From the human T2T-CHM13v2.0 reference genome, Homo sapiens, in the NCBI RefSeq assembly GCF_009914755.1, contig NC_060936.1: a stretch of DNA of 64,000 bases; one strand, written 5' to 3'. This document shows positions 1-14,770 of the stretch, in pieces; within the stretch, counting starts at the first letter, position 1, and the number at the start of each line of letters is the position of its first letter. The position numbers and the translations under genes are program-made. Under the pieces are notes generated by a model, which was not told the origin of the DNA, made no database searches, and saw nothing but the letters and a program-made list of their open reading frames with translations.

Positions 1-189
1 CACATGAAGATGTTCTCATCTACTCCCTAAAAAAGTCAGATAAAATCTAAACAGTCATAGAATCCATCTCTGGATATTATCCATTAATCCCCACCTGAAA
101 ATACTGTAATTTAAAGACTAAATTATAAAATTGACTACCCATGACAATCCTTAATATGATAAGGATAAGAGTGGGATACAAAGTAACTG

Positions 190-191
<2 letters not shown>

Positions 192-229
<38 letters not shown>
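192..229. repeat. (AC)19 microsatellite
   Basis: Directly visible. Confidence 0.95.
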
Positions 230-231
<2 letters not shown>

Positions 232-314
232 CATCACAACATGCTAGGAGAAACAGGCTTAGCTGCTCTAGTACTTGTTTTTGTAACCAGCCATAAAGTC
301 ATAGTTGATATTAT

Positions 315-472
315 GTCCTGATTTGTAGCATTGGCTGAATTCTGTGGGGATAAATATTCCCACAAATGCCAATTTCAAGATGCCAAGGTGATGTCACTAA
401 AAACAGAGTTGGGAAATGGTGCACATCAGTGATTCTGAGGAGTCCATATGAACCTGTTGCAGTGTGCCAGCT
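315..472. mobile_element. MER63-like hAT DNA transposon fragment
   Basis: taaatattcccacaaatgccaatttcaagatgccaa..gtcact..gagttgggaa resembles the MER63 consensus as recalled. Confidence 0.6.
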
Positions 473-479
473 CTTTCAT

Positions 480-703
480 AGCATTGGAAGTTAAACTGCA
501 CCTACCCATCTTGCACTTGGCCATTTTGCACTCCTCACGCTGTTGAAACAAGATGCAAAGAAGATAGTACACTGGCCAGGGTGATAGATCCTAACTAATA
601 TAAGATGAGGTTGCTACTCCACAGGGGAGCAAGAAAGGCTCTAAAACCTATGGAATTCTCTAGGGGCTCTTCTCATTCTTCCATTCCAATTGGTAAAGGT
701 TAA

Positions 704-741
<38 letters not shown>

Positions 742-935
742 CAATGAAAAGTTGGAGCAAAGTGCAAAACAAATGAAAAAACCAACAAGCAACCATACAA
801 CAGATGAGGCAGGTCCACTCATGATTCAGACCTTTCAGAAATGAAGGTTGAGATCACTACCAGGTAAAGAACTTCAACCAGCTGAGACTTTTGACACAAA
901 ACTAGAGGCATATAGAATATGTAATCAAAAAAGAA
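480..935 (+). mobile_element. ERVL internal remnant (dUTPase region), decayed, interrupted by an A-rich tract
   Basis: From 572 translates as LARVIDPN*YKMRLLLHRG (cf. ERVL LAGVIDPDYQGEIGLLLHNG); ~826 as SDLSEMKV (cf. PDPSGMKVWV); A-run at 707-737. Confidence 0.7.
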
Positions 936-1371
936 TACTGACTAGTCATATTTTTGTCCCCAAAATCTAAGAGTGTTTTGGCACATTTAAATGCTCAAAA
1001 AAGTATTTGCCAACTGAATAAAAGTTGTCTACCAGACTAATTAAATTGTCATTAAACCAAGTGATGTTTTCTGAACTAAATGATCAAATACACTGATGTC
1101 TTTGGGTTTGAAATTCCCATTTCCTGATACATGTGTGCCAAAATATAACCAAAAAGTGACTCAATTAATTTTGCCAACCTGATAAAAATCTTCTGAGTAA
1201 TCCTGTACAGAGGTTCCCAAATTTCTCACTTTGCTTTTTATTATATTGATATGAGGATTTTTGAAGAACTAAAGATAAAACATTTATCTTCACCTGACTA
1301 GAATGACAGTTGCTGAATAATAGCCATTAATTTGGATACTGAGCTTAAAGAAGAAATAACACCAATCCACC

Positions 1372-1870
1372 TGTATTAGACATTGTTTGCTAATTCTCAG
1401 TATCATCCCTATCCTTCAAATCTCTCCCCAAAACTGCAGGGGAAGAAAGCTAAAGGCCCCATTTCCCTAATCCCCTGTCAGTAGGGCCGTGAGAAACACT
1501 CATATAAGTTTGGGAGGTAGGAGATGAGAAGGAGTATTCTGCGACAGCTGTGGGCAAGTGTGAGGGCATCTGCAGGCAAGCAGCAGATGAAGGGTATTTT
1601 GGACAGGAATTCCACCTGAGGAGTCCCACATTAGTATTCTATGACTTGAGATCATTAGTAGAGGCTCCCTGAGGCTTTCTGGGATCCTTCAGAAAATGAC
1701 CCACCCTCGTACTGCAGGCAGCTGAGGTCACTGGCAACTACTTTTCTGCTCTATTTCCATTTCTCGATTTCCTAAAAGTGCCTTTCTCAGCCCTTATAAT
1801 GGTTTTGGGAAGCTACTTGTTATTCATTTAAATCTTTTCCCTGTATTACATTAATCTGTGGTCACCTATG
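1372..1870. mobile_element. Probable old ERVL-class LTR (LTR16/LTR33-like)
   Basis: GC-richer block with aagctaaa..ccatttccc..tcccctg motif. Confidence 0.4.
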
Positions 1871-2741
1871 CACGATAAACCATTCAATCCCATACTTTTC
1901 CTTCATAAATGGCATAATGAAGATAGATGAAGCAGAAGGAATAAGCAGAAAAGGCAAATAGATCAATATTTGTTTATTTTTCTTCGAAATTAATACAAAG
2001 ATTTCCTAGTCCCAGGGATACTTAGAGATGGATCAGATGAACATTTGTCAGAAAATGCTGAAAATCAGTATCGTTTAAGGAATCTAATAATTATGTCTAA
2101 AATTAGCTTTAATGCTACAATGTTGTATTTATATGAACCATCATTGAATGGTAGGCGTTTAGAACCATTGTGGAACTGTTATTAAGTTATCTAAAATGTG
2201 ATAGAATAATAGCAGTAATAGGATTGATAGCTTATATTAGCACTTAAAACTGTTTTTCGGTACAGGATTGCATAATTTCATCCTAAAACTTTCCCTATGG
2301 AAGCATTATTCTATAATTCTTTTCACTCTTCTAATTATTTTTTAAATGATATAAAAATCTCCAGTTAATTAATATATAACATACACAAAATATTTCATAC
2401 AGGCAAGACCCTATGCTATGCATGTACTTTGGGACATAGCAAAGAGTATAATTTACATGCTCCCTGATTTTATAGAGAAGCTCAGAGTCATCCATAATCG
2501 CCATGGGCCTGCCTCCTCACCCTTGCTTCTATACATTTTTCTCCCCATCCCACGACCACCACCAAGCCAATTTAAACTCAGCATGGACAGGACAGTTTTT
2601 TAAAAAATCAGGATCATACCGATCACCTGATTTTAAACTTTCAGGGCTTCCACTTTTTTAAATGACAACATCCATATGCCTTTGGCCACTCAAGTCCTGC
2701 AAGACAGGGCTCCTGCACATCTCTCAAGCATTATCTCATAA

Positions 2742-3346
<605 letters not shown>

Positions 3347-3364
3347 CACTGGTGTTTTTTTTTA

Positions 3365-4750
3365 ATAAAAATAAATGTATTTTGAAATAATTTTTGAATT
3401 CACATAAATGTTGTCGGCTAGTATTAAGAACTCCCAGAAACACTTTTTCTAGATTAGGACACTTGCATCAATAACCACAGCAAAAGAATCACAATCATGA
3501 AATTATCATTGATCAAATATTGATTAAATATCATTATCTTATCCGCACACCGTATTCAAATCTCCTTGATTGTCCTTGTAATATGCTTCTAAGGACAAGA
3601 ATCCAATCCAATATTGTATAATACATTTAACTATCATGTTTCATTAGCCTTTTAAGACTGGAACAGTTGCTCAGGCTCTCCTTGTATTTCATGGTTTTGA
3701 GAGATATGAAGAATGCAGGCTAGTTGCTTTGCATAGTGTTTTATATTGATTTGTATTCTCGTTACATTGTATCAGAAAGTACACAACGGCTAACTGTCAT
3801 TTTACTGATGATGTTAACTTTTATCATTTTGTTAAGATAGTGCCAGGTTTCTCCACTGTAGAATTAACTAATATATGCATTAATTAATACATAAGTTTAA
3901 GCATTTTGTAGAAATATACTCTGACACTTTGTAACTGTCCTGTTCCTCATCAAAATTTCACCCACCAATTTGCATCCATTTATGATTCATGCATGAATTA
4001 TTGCTATGATGATTGCCAAATGCTGATTATCCAATTCCAGCATTTCTTTTGCACTTATTAGTCAGCAGTCTACTTAAGTAGAACTTGCCCTCTCTTCCAT
4101 TTAATAATTATTCAGTTATCATTTATTTATTTATTTATGGATTTTGGATTTCTGTCCTACTCAAAATGTTGACATTGTTACTACAGTTATTTTGACACTC
4201 AAATTATCTTATATTTGTTAAGTAGAAGCCTGTTCAATGTTGTTGCTGTATCTTTTTGACACACCTACATTATTCTTTGAGCACATTCTTACTCCAAGCC
4301 CAAGTGGTTCCCGGCTCATCCTGTATTTCCTTGCCCAAGCCTTGGAGTGAGCCACTTCTTCAAAGAATCTTGCTTCATTTTAGTGAATAATTATATTTAT
4401 GAACCAAGACCAATGTGCTAATGTGCTCATTTCAAATGAAGCGTCACTATATATTGGCTGGTCGGTGGAGAGATTTGGGAAATATATGTGTATATATATA
4501 TATATGTACACACACACATGCACACATACACATATATGTGTGTGTATATCTATATATACACACACACGTACAAACTCATACATGCATATCTATTTTAATA
4601 TCAACTTATATATAATTTATTCTTGAAAATCATGATTTCACACTGCTACTTCAAATTCTAGCCATTCCATTTCCATGTCTGTAACTCCATTTTTTAACAG
4701 TGTGAAACTTAGCTTCCTTATTTCCTTATTCCTTGTTTGCTTATTTTCTT
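3365..4750 (-). mobile_element. Old L1MC/ME 3' region with an embedded (TA/CA) microsatellite at ~4481-4590
   Basis: ttaacttttatcatttt..gtgccaggtttctccactgta and cttggagtgagccacttcttcaaaga motifs. Confidence 0.6.
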
Positions 4751-6722
4751 CATCCTCTTATATCGTATGTAGCAATCTTACAGCAGTCTTGGTAATAGCT
4801 CAACACCTATGGAGGGGGAAAAAAGAAAAGAAAAACGAAGAAGGAGATAATCTCACCATGTCTTTCAACTAGTTCAATTTCACCCTTGAGGTCTTAGCTC
4901 AAATGCAACTACCCTTTACAACTGGCCTTTTCACACAGGGCCACAGAGGGCCACACAAGTCCCACATAAAAATATAAGAAAATTGACTACCTAGTTTTTA
5001 TAATGTTTTATTTTTTCAATGTGTCAAATTTTTGATGCTTTATTCCAGTAAACTGGTTAAGATCTTAGACTTTTTGAGATTTGATTCTGCCATTTATTAG
5101 CATTATGAACTTGGGTGATGGATTTTAATTCTCAAATATAAAATGGAGCTCATATTACAAAGACAGCTAACTCATACAGATGTTGTAAAGAACAAATGAG
5201 ATCAGAACTTAAAGTTCTTGGCATGAGTTTTATCTGGCATGTAGTAATCACTTAAACAAGAAACGTTAGTTGTTGCTGAAATATATTTGGGGTAGTATTG
5301 TTGTTGCTATCAGGTTCAATTGATGTTAATATTAGCATTAGCACTCTTAAGATTTTTTCCTACAATAATTTATGTATCTTCCAAATCAGAATCATATGCT
5401 ATACAGTTACCATTAAACTATCTGAAGATTTTTTCTTAAGAAACATATAAATTCACAACAACAAAAATCTTGCATAATTTTAGCATAGTATTCATAATGA
5501 TGTGAATATATTGATTATGTTAGCCTGCCTATTACAAAGAGATTCTATTATTTTCAAAGTTGATTCATGGCATTATACACACACTAATACACACACACAT
5601 ATATAGACACATAATATATGCCTAAGCAATGATGAAAAAACTGGCAAATTCATCTTTTAACTGTTTATATTTTAATAAAAGTGTTTTTAAACTATATTAC
5701 TAATGTCCAGAATTGTTACTAGAAAATCAATACATTATATCAATTTTCTTGATGCCTGCTTTTATTTAGAAAAACAAATGTTTAATGATTATCTGTATTT
5801 TGTTTTTAGGAATCAATAATGTTGGTCTCTCATGTTTTTTAAATAAAGGTTTTATTTCTAAATGGAAATAAAATACATTTTATTTTAAAATTGCATGATA
5901 ATAGAGTACACAAAATAAAACTAAAACAACAACAACAACCAAAAACAAGAGGATTTTACATAAACATACACCTTCCAAGCAACCAATTATTAGCATCAAT
6001 TTACTTGGACATAATATGAATGAAAATAGCTGAAAACCTATTGGTATGGAAATGTGCCACTGCCCTCTTATGGAAGATACTTGAATGACACTCAGTGGTT
6101 TCACAGATCACTTTTGGAGTGGAGATATAATTAAGATTATAGTGAACAATATGGTTCAATTCATTATACTTTATTCTGTTCACCTATTGTTTAGATTTTT
6201 GTAAGTTAATTTCCTAACTATAAAATATTTTAAAGTTATATTTGTATAATATTAAAATTCCCCTTAAACTAATCAACTAATCAGTATAGAATTTTGACAA
6301 ATTTCCTTTTTATATAGCGTCCTTCAAACTTGTATCAGAATTATAATAGTATGTTTAGTGAAAAATTAAAATACAGTAGTTGAGCATTTATGTTTGAAGG
6401 TGGGTGACATAACTCATTTTAATGTTTAAATCATGGCTGGTTAACACAGATGGAAAAGCTGGATAGATGTCGAAAATAATAGTTCACATTATGTAACATG
6501 TATTATTTGACATGCATTGTTCTAGGTCTAAAGCATTCCACATTATTAATCCACTATATTCTTACATCAACCTTATGAATTAAGTACTGTTATCATTTCT
6601 AATTCAGATGGAGGCATGGAAAAGTTACATTAATTATTCAAAGTCATTTGGATTCAAAGTAGAAGAGCTGGTATTTGAGCCAAGGCAATCTGGTTTCAAA
6701 TAATTTATATGAAGATCTTACA

Positions 6723-9100
6723 CAGGCTTACCTTGTTTTATTACACTTTGCTTTACAGAGCTTTGCACATACTGTGGTTTTTCTTTTACAAATTGATGGT
6801 TTCTTCCTTTAATCCAGCTAGTCTATCAGAACCATTTTTCCAACACCATGCTCACTTCATGTCTCTATGTCACATTTAGGTAATTATTGAAATATGTTAA
6901 GCTTTTATATTAGTATTACAACTTCTGTGGTGATCTCTTATGTTAGATTATTGTGGTTTTGGGGTACCATTAACCTCCCCCTTATAAGACAGCAAAGTTA
7001 ATAAATGTTGCCAGTATTCTGACTGTTTCACCAACTGGCTTTTCCCCAGTCTCTCTTACTCCTAGGGCTTCCCTATTCTCTGAGACCCAAGAATATAAAA
7101 ACTAGGCCAATTAATAGCATTACAATTCTAAGTGTTCAAGTGAAAGGAAGTGTTGTTCATCTCTCACTTTAAGTCAAAAGCTAGAAATGATTAAGCTTAT
7201 TGAGGAAGGCATGTCAAAAGCTGATATAGGCCGAAAGCTGATATAGGCTGAAAGCTAGGCCTGTTGCACCAAACAGCCAAGTTGAGGGTGCAAAGAAAAG
7301 TTTCTGAAGGAAATTAAAAGTGCTACTTCAGTTGTCACACCAATGATAAGAAAGCAAAACAGCTTTATTACTGAAATACAGGAAGTTTTAGTGATCTAGA
7401 TAGAAGATCAAACCAGCCACAACACTCTCTTAAGCTAAGCCTAATCCAGAGCAAAGTACTAACTCTCTTCTATTCTGTGAAATCTGAAAGTAGTGAGAAA
7501 AAAAGAAAAAACTGAAGCTAAAGAAGTTGACTCATGAATTTAAGGAAAGAAGCCATCTCCATAACATAAAAGTACAAGGTGAAGCAGAAAGTGCTGATGG
7601 AGAAGCTGCAGGAAGTTATCTAGAAGATCCAGCAAAGATAATTAATGGGATGACTACACTAAACAACAGATTTTCAGTGTAGATGAAACAGCCCTGTATT
7701 TAAGGATATGCAACCTAGAACTTTCATGGCTAGGGAAAAGTCAGTATCTAGCTTTAAATCTTCAAAAGACAGGCTGACTCTCTTGTTACAGGCTAATGCA
7801 GCTAATGACTTTAAGTTGAAGCCATTGCTCACTTACCATTACACCAATCCTAGGACCCTTTAGAATTACGCTAAATCTACTCTGCCTGTGCTCTGCAAAT
7901 GTAACAACATAGTCTGGATGACAGCATATATGTTTATAGCATGGCTTACTGAGTATTTTAAGTGCGCCATTGAGAACTACTCCTCAGGGAAAAAAAATCC
8001 TTTTAAAATCTTATTGCCCATTGCCAACGCACCTGTTCATCCAAGAGCTCTGATGGAGATGTACAAGATTGGTGTTGTTTTCATGTCTGCTAATACATTC
8101 TTCAGCCCAAAGAACAAGGAGTAACTTTGGCTTTCAAGTCTTATTATTTAATGAATACATTTTGTAAAGCTGTATTCGCCAAAGATAATTATTCTTTTGA
8201 TGGATCTAGGCCAAGTATATTGTAAACGTCTGGAAAAGTATCACCGTCTAGATGCCATTAAGAACATTAGTGATTCATGGGAGGAGCTCAAAGTATCAAC
8301 ATTAACAGCAGTTTGGAAGAAGGTGATTCCAGCCCTCATGGATGACTTTGAGGAGTTCAGAGTCTTAAATGGAGAAAGGAAGTATAGATGCGATGGAAAT
8401 AGTAAATGAACTGGAATCAGTAAGTGGAGCCCGAAGTTGTGACTGAATTGCTGCAATCTCATGATTCAAATTCAATAGATAAGAAGTTGCTTCTAGTGGA
8501 TAGCAAAAAAAAAGTGGTTTCTTGAGATAAAATATACTCCTAGTGAAAATGCTATGGACATTGTGGAAATGACGAGAAAGGATTTAGAATACTGCACAAA
8601 CTAACTTGATAAAGCAGCAACAGGGTTTGAATGGATTGAATCCAATTTTGAAAGAAGTTCTGTGGGTAAAATGCTATCAAACAACATCACATCCTACACA
8701 GAAATCTTTCATGAAAGGAAGTCAACCTATGGGACAAGCTTTATTGTCTTCTTACTTTTAGAAATTGCCACAGCCACCCTAACCTTCAGCAACCACCACC
8801 CTGCTCAGTCAACAGCCCAACCATCAACATTAAGGTAAGATCCTCCACTAGCAAAAAGATTAAGACTTGCTGAAGACTCAAATGAATATTAGCATTTTTT
8901 AGCAACAAAGTATTTTTAATTAAAATATGTACCCTATTTTTTATGCATAATACTATTGCACAGATAGTAGACTACAGTATTGTGCAAACATAACTTTCTA
9001 TGCACTGGGAAATTTAAAAATCCATGTGACTTGCTTATTGTGATATTTGCTTGATTCAGGTGGTCTGGAACTGAACTTGCAAAATCTCTAAGGTATGCTG
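6723..9100 (+). mobile_element. Near full-length Tigger1 (pogo/TcMar) with decayed transposase
   Basis: TIR-like ends caggcttacct / aggtatgctg; from 7188 MIKLIEEGMSKADIG; DDE-region remnants in ORFs 7888-8409; many stops and frameshifts. Confidence 0.93.
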
Positions 9101-9329
9101 TGTATTTATCCATGATCCCTGAAGAGAACTTAGCAATGGTCAGCTCATCTCTACTTATATCATTATAATGAGTTTCCACAATTTAAGTGGGCAAACTAAT
9201 TTGATCCTATAATAAGAGTGTAATTGTTCATATGGGGCTCTGTTTATTCTCCTCTAATATTTCTTCCTCTTTCAATACCTGCTTCTCTTCTACCCCACCT
9301 ACTTAAAAAAAAATAAAAATGAAAAGCAT

Positions 9330-9620
9330 GTGTCTTCTATGTCAAGTGCTATGTAAGTTCTGGGAACATGATTCTGAACAAAACAAAACACCTCACTTTT
9401 GGGAGTTTATAGACTAATGTAAGAAACAGATAATTTCAATATAGTGTGATGAATGCTGTGCTAAGGGTGAGCAGAGCACACAATCAGGACAAACAGCCCC
9501 ACAAAAGAAAATACCATCTGAACTAAGAACTGAAAGATGTGTTGATTCTAGTCAAAGTTAAAGGGAAGAATGGAGAGGGATGTGGATATAGGTAATAGCA
9601 TGTACAAGGAAATGAAGTAG
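9330..9620. mobile_element. L2 fragment
   Basis: ctatgtcaagtgctatg..gaacaaaacaaa..ggagtttatagactaa..aaacaga pattern. Confidence 0.55.
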
Positions 9621-11498
9621 AAGAAATTTAGAATACAATAGTTAAAGAACTATGAATATAGCAATTGCTAGGGGACAGAGGCATAAACTTATTGCAGAGA
9701 AGGAGGGTTACCATCTTAAACACTTTGTACTGTAGGAAATAAAAAGACTTAAAATGATTTTTGTACTTTAGAAGGTGTATGTTTATGTAAAATCTTGTTT
9801 CTTTTTGTTTTCTTTGCTTAATGCTTTATTTTACACACCTCTATTAATGTGTAATTTTAAAAGAAAATGTACTTTTATTTCTCCATAGAAATAAAACTTA
9901 GTAAAATAATATTAAAAGGTCAACATTATTGATTCCTAAAAACAAAATACAATCATTAAGTGTGTTTTCCTAAATGAAAGCAAGCATCAAGAAAACTGAT
10001 ATAATATATTGATATTCCAATAACAATTCTGGACATTAGTAAAATATTTTGAAAACACTTTCATTAAAATGTAAATAGTGAAAAGATTAATTAGTTAGGT
10101 TTTTCATCATTGCTTTGGTATTATTGTGTGTGTGTGTGTATGTGTATTACTGTTTGTTAAATGCCATAAATCATCTTTGATAGTAATAAAACCTCTTTGT
10201 ATTAAGTAAGCTAGCACAATAAATTTATTTACATCATTTTGAATAATATGCAATATAAATCTAATACTGCTAAAAGTAATAATAAAGTATAGATTTCACT
10301 ATTTTCCTTCATATTTCTAGAGAAAAATACAAATAACTGAAATATTTAAAAGTATAATTCTAGTCTGATCATTCTCTTAAAAACCTAAGTCAGCCTTGTT
10401 AGTTATTCAATGAGCCAGACAAGGTTGCCATGTCTGGCTGATCAGTGAAGGGCATCAAAGAATGGAAAACAAAAGTAGGAGCTCACAGTCCATTACTCTG
10501 TCTAGTGCACACTTTTCTTTAATGATGTTACAAGGTAATACAATTTTATATTAAAAGATAAAATCTCATCCACATATAATTAGTCCTTCCTCTCTGATAA
10601 TCAAAACTATCATGTGAACACAGAAATTTATAATTCTATTCTGTCTATTATCAAGTAATTATAATTTTTATTAAGACAAAGCATAATTTAATGACAAAAA
10701 TATTTTTCCCTATTCCAAAAACTTTTTTATGGCCTTAACATTACCTGAAATTGTATGACTATAATTTTTAAAAGTTATTATACTTTAATAATATACAACT
10801 ATTGAATTTTCTGAAACAAACTACTTGTGAAATTTCAGATATTTTCATGTGGTAATCAAAAATTGATTAAATAGAAAATTAGCTGGCAGAATCAAGACAA
10901 AATCTCAGAATTAATGTTTATCAGCATTATATGCATCATGAAGTGCACGCTGATGATGAGAATATAAAAAAAAGTGAATGTTTCCACCCATCATCACCAT
11001 CATAGAGGTATTTGCTGACTCTGCCTAAGTGAATCAGTTCTAACAGCTTAATTTAAATAAATTGGAAATTTGAAAATTTGGAACCTCTGGAAAATTGAAG
11101 TTTAGTATTGAACTATTGTATTTTCTAAAAACACACAGGTAAATATACAACAAAGTCATGACAAAAATAACTGTTGTTTTTGCTATTGAAATGAGTGAAT
11201 AGCAAAACCAGAAGATAGATTTATTTACTTATTTTGGTTGAAATTTGTTTGAATAGAAATATTTTATTAACAGTTGAGAAAAAATAAAAATGAAACAGTC
11301 CTGGATAAGAAAACGCTCCCTCTGCTTTATGGATAAGTTATTATTAAAAGAGTTATAAAGTAAAAACACAATAGAAAATAAGTTCCATATCATGATATTA
11401 AAGTGTATATGATGTAAATAGTCAGATTTATTTTACTGAAACTAATTACTAGAACCAGTTTGCCAGTGGCTTCATTTGGCAAAAGAAATGGAGAGTAG

Positions 11499-11660
11499 GG
11501 CTGGGCATGATGTCAAGTGCCTATATAGTCCCAACTACTCAGGAAGCGAGGCAGGAAGATGGCTTGAGCCTAGGAGGGTGAAGCTGTAGTGTGCAATGAT
11601 CACATTTGTGAATAGTTACTGCACTCTAGCCTGGGCACCATAGAGAGACCTTTTCTCTAA
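11499..11660 (+). mobile_element. Fossil Alu monomer (FAM-like)
   Basis: Single monomer with a gtgaatagttactgcactc segment typical of FAM. Confidence 0.8.
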
Positions 11661-12018
11661 AAAGAAAAAAAAGAAAGAAGAAAAGAAAGGAAAGGAAGAG
11701 GAGGAGAAGAAGAGGGAAAGAATGGAGGAAGAAGGGAGGGAGAGAAGGAAGGAAGGAGAGATGAAGAAAGGAAGAAAGAAAGGAAGGAGGGAAAGAGGAA
11801 GGAAGGAAGGTGGGAGGGAAGGAGTGGAAGGGAGGGAGAAATGGAGGGAGGAAGAAAAGAAAGTGAAAGAAGAAAAAGAAAGAAGGAAGGAAAGAAAAAA
11901 GAGAGAAACAGAGAAGGAAAGAAAGAAAAGAAAGAAAGACAAAGAAAGAAAGAAAAAGAAAGAAAGAAAGAGGGATGGATGGAAGGAGGGAAAGAAAGAA
12001 AGGAAGAAAGAAAGAGAG

Positions 12019-12068
<50 letters not shown>

Positions 12069-12170
12069 GAAGAAAGATGGAGGGAGGGAGGGAAAGAAAG
12101 AGAGAGAGAAAGGAAGAAAGAAAGAGGAAGGAAGAAAGAAAGGGGAAAATAGAGAAAGAGAAAGAAATAG
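11660..12170. repeat. ~500 bp polypurine (GAAA/GGAA/GAGG) compound microsatellite
   Basis: Almost pure A/G on the + strand, with a perfect (GAAA)n run at ~12020-12067. Confidence 0.97.
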
Positions 12171-13516
12171 GGTAGATATTAATATTTAGAATAGCTGGTT
12201 GTTTGGTTGGTTGTCTATTTCAACATTTCATTACTTGATACAAGAACTCAGAAAAAAGGAATTTGAAAAGATTAAATCTCTTGTAGGAATGCTTACAGAA
12301 AGAAAGAATTCAAGTTATTATTTCCAAAAGTGGATTTAGAAAGTATAGAGTGAATAGTTAAACTTTGATTTGATTTGTTCAGCAGAGATTCGGACATCCA
12401 GGTCCCTTCTGCTCAGACAGGCAATCTTCATTGTTCAGTTCTATAAGATATTAATTTCATTATTGTAATGCTCATATGTTCCAGTATTAATCCTTTTAAT
12501 ATTTGCTCAAATTGAAATCTTTAAAATGGAGGTTTAAAAAGGCATATCCCCGATGAGACAGAGAGTGCTCTGGAGGGAATAAATATAAGCCAGGTGTCTG
12601 CATTATTAATTCTATTGACCTTGCACTAATGTGTGTAAATGCTAGTGATGAGCAGATAGAATGGCTGCCACATTGTTATTGTGCTTGAAATTTTTAAAAT
12701 TTACTCTATATTATCAGGTCAAGGTGTGCTGGGGTTTCATGTTCTACTTTTTTTTGCTTTTTATAATGAAACATTCCTTAAAAACACTGAAACAACCAAT
12801 TTTTGGAACTAGTATATTAGACTGTTCCTGAAAAAATTCTATTCTCAGAAAAACAAATGTCAATCTCTACTAATTAGTTTTTTTTAATCTTCTTTACTAT
12901 GCAACTGAATATACCCTGAAAAGGCAATTGATGAAAAATAATAGCAGCTGGGATATCACCACTCATCTACAGGAGATGGTTTCTTTTATTTATGCAGCAC
13001 CACATATGGTATTGCAGAGGCACCACATGGCACGTTTTTGCTGTTCAAACAATTCAGGTGTTTTGGGTTTTGGTGGTGACAGTGTGTGTACATATGTTTT
13101 GATGGTGGTACTAAAAATGATCTTGGTGTGTTAAAGCAATAACCAAATCCAAAGGGCATTTAATTTAGGACAAGATAATGTTTAGTCCCTTTTTTCTTTT
13201 CACCTCCACATGAGAGGTATTCTTAAGACAAACTTTTAGGTAGAATTTCATGTCATAATAGCTAGAGGATGAGCCAACTTTGGAGTTAAGCATTTGAGGC
13301 AAAATAACATATGAAGCATTTTATTTCAGTTCCAAATTTTGAAGGTGAAAATATGCTATACTCAGTAATGGATAGCTTATGGAATGTTTTGTTTTAATAT
13401 TTCCAATAGTTTTCTAGAGTTTTAAGGTTTTCTCTTTTTGTCAAAACTTTATGGCTCAAAAATTTACAACTAAGCACTTTCATTTTCATTCTGTTTGAGA
13501 AAAGGCAATAATAATT

Positions 13517-13960
13517 TGTCTTATTTCATTTTGTGTTGCTGTAACAGAATACCAAAGTCCAGGTAATTTATGAAGAAAAGAGTTTAATTAGCTCATGGTT
13601 CTGCAGGCTGGGAAGTTCAAGAAGCATGGTGCCAGCATCTGCTTGGCTTCTGGTGAGGGCTTTTGTGCTGGTCACAACATGGTAGAAGGTCAAAAGGGAA
13701 GAAGACGTGTGAAAAGGGATCAACCAGGAGGAACTTCCCTTTATAACAACCCAATCTCATGGGCACTATTCCATTCTTATAAGAACTAATCCAGTCTCAT
13801 GAGAGAGAGAACTCACTTCTGCAAGAAAGCCACCAAGCAATCCATGAGTGGTCCACTCCCATGACCCAAACGTCTCCCATCAGGCCCCATATTCCAATAC
13901 TGCCACATTGCGGATAAAATTTCTACATGCATTTTAGTCAAGGAGAAACCACATCCAAAG
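13517..13960. mobile_element. MaLR solo LTR (MSTC/MSTD/MLT1A-like)
   Basis: gttgctgtaacagaatacc..ggtaatttatgaagaaaagagtttaattagctcatggttctgcaggctgggaagttcaag. Confidence 0.8.
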
Positions 13961-14116
13961 GATATCAAAATCAATATTTTACTTGTCATTTTTAAATTTT
14001 CTTTGCACCCATAATTCCTAACCAAGAATATATATTAGAATAACTGTGAAGTTTTAAAACTATACTCTTGTCCTGCTTCCAACCCCAGAAGAATTTTTAT
14101 TTAGTAGGTTGGAAAT

Positions 14117-14493
14117 TGATATGGTTTGGCTCTTTGTCTCCATCCGAATCTTATCTTGAATTCTAATCCAAATTGTATTCCACATGTGTTGGGGGAGGGA
14201 ACTCATGAGAGATAATTAGGTCACAGGGGTGGTTCCCTCATGCTGTTCTTGTGACAGTGAGTGAGTTCTCATGAGATATGATGGTTTTATAAGGGATTTT
14301 CCCCCTTCACTCAGCACTTCTCTTTCCTGCTGCCATGTGAAGAAGGACGTGTTTGCTTCCCCTTCTGCCGTGATTGTAAGTTTCCTGAGGCCTTCCCAGC
14401 CCTGTGGAACTATGAGGTAATTATACCTCTTTCCTTTATAAATTATCCAGTCTCAGGTATTTCTACATAGCAGTGTGAGAATAGACTAACACA
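14117..14493 (+). mobile_element. MSTA/THE1D-like solo LTR
   Basis: TGATATGGTTTGG...CTAACACA; 5-bp TSD gaaat at 14112-14116 and 14494-14498. Confidence 0.9.
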
Positions 14494-14770
14494 GAAATAT
14501 AGCTTTAACAAGTGTACAGGTGATTGAAAACATAATTATAGTTAAGGAGCACTATGTATTGATCTTGAATTTACTGGAAACACACACTGATTTGATGATT
14601 TGTTAAAAAGAAGTAACTTCTGCATAAAAATACACATAAACACAAACACATGAAAATGCAAATATATTTTCATGAAATTATGTCCTAAGGTCTCACTGTA
14701 TCAATATACTAGACTATCTCATTATGACTCTAATACCTTACTCAGTACATTTTCTCCTTCATTCTTTTAT

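Noticed and set aside
7188-8462. Tigger1 transposase as a domesticated TIGD1-like gene
   Set aside because: A 17-bp duplication at 7217-7250 plus many stops and frameshifts destroy the frame
11616-12189. K/E/R-rich and F/S/L-rich ORFs up to 155 aa
   Set aside because: Artefacts of a stop-free GA microsatellite
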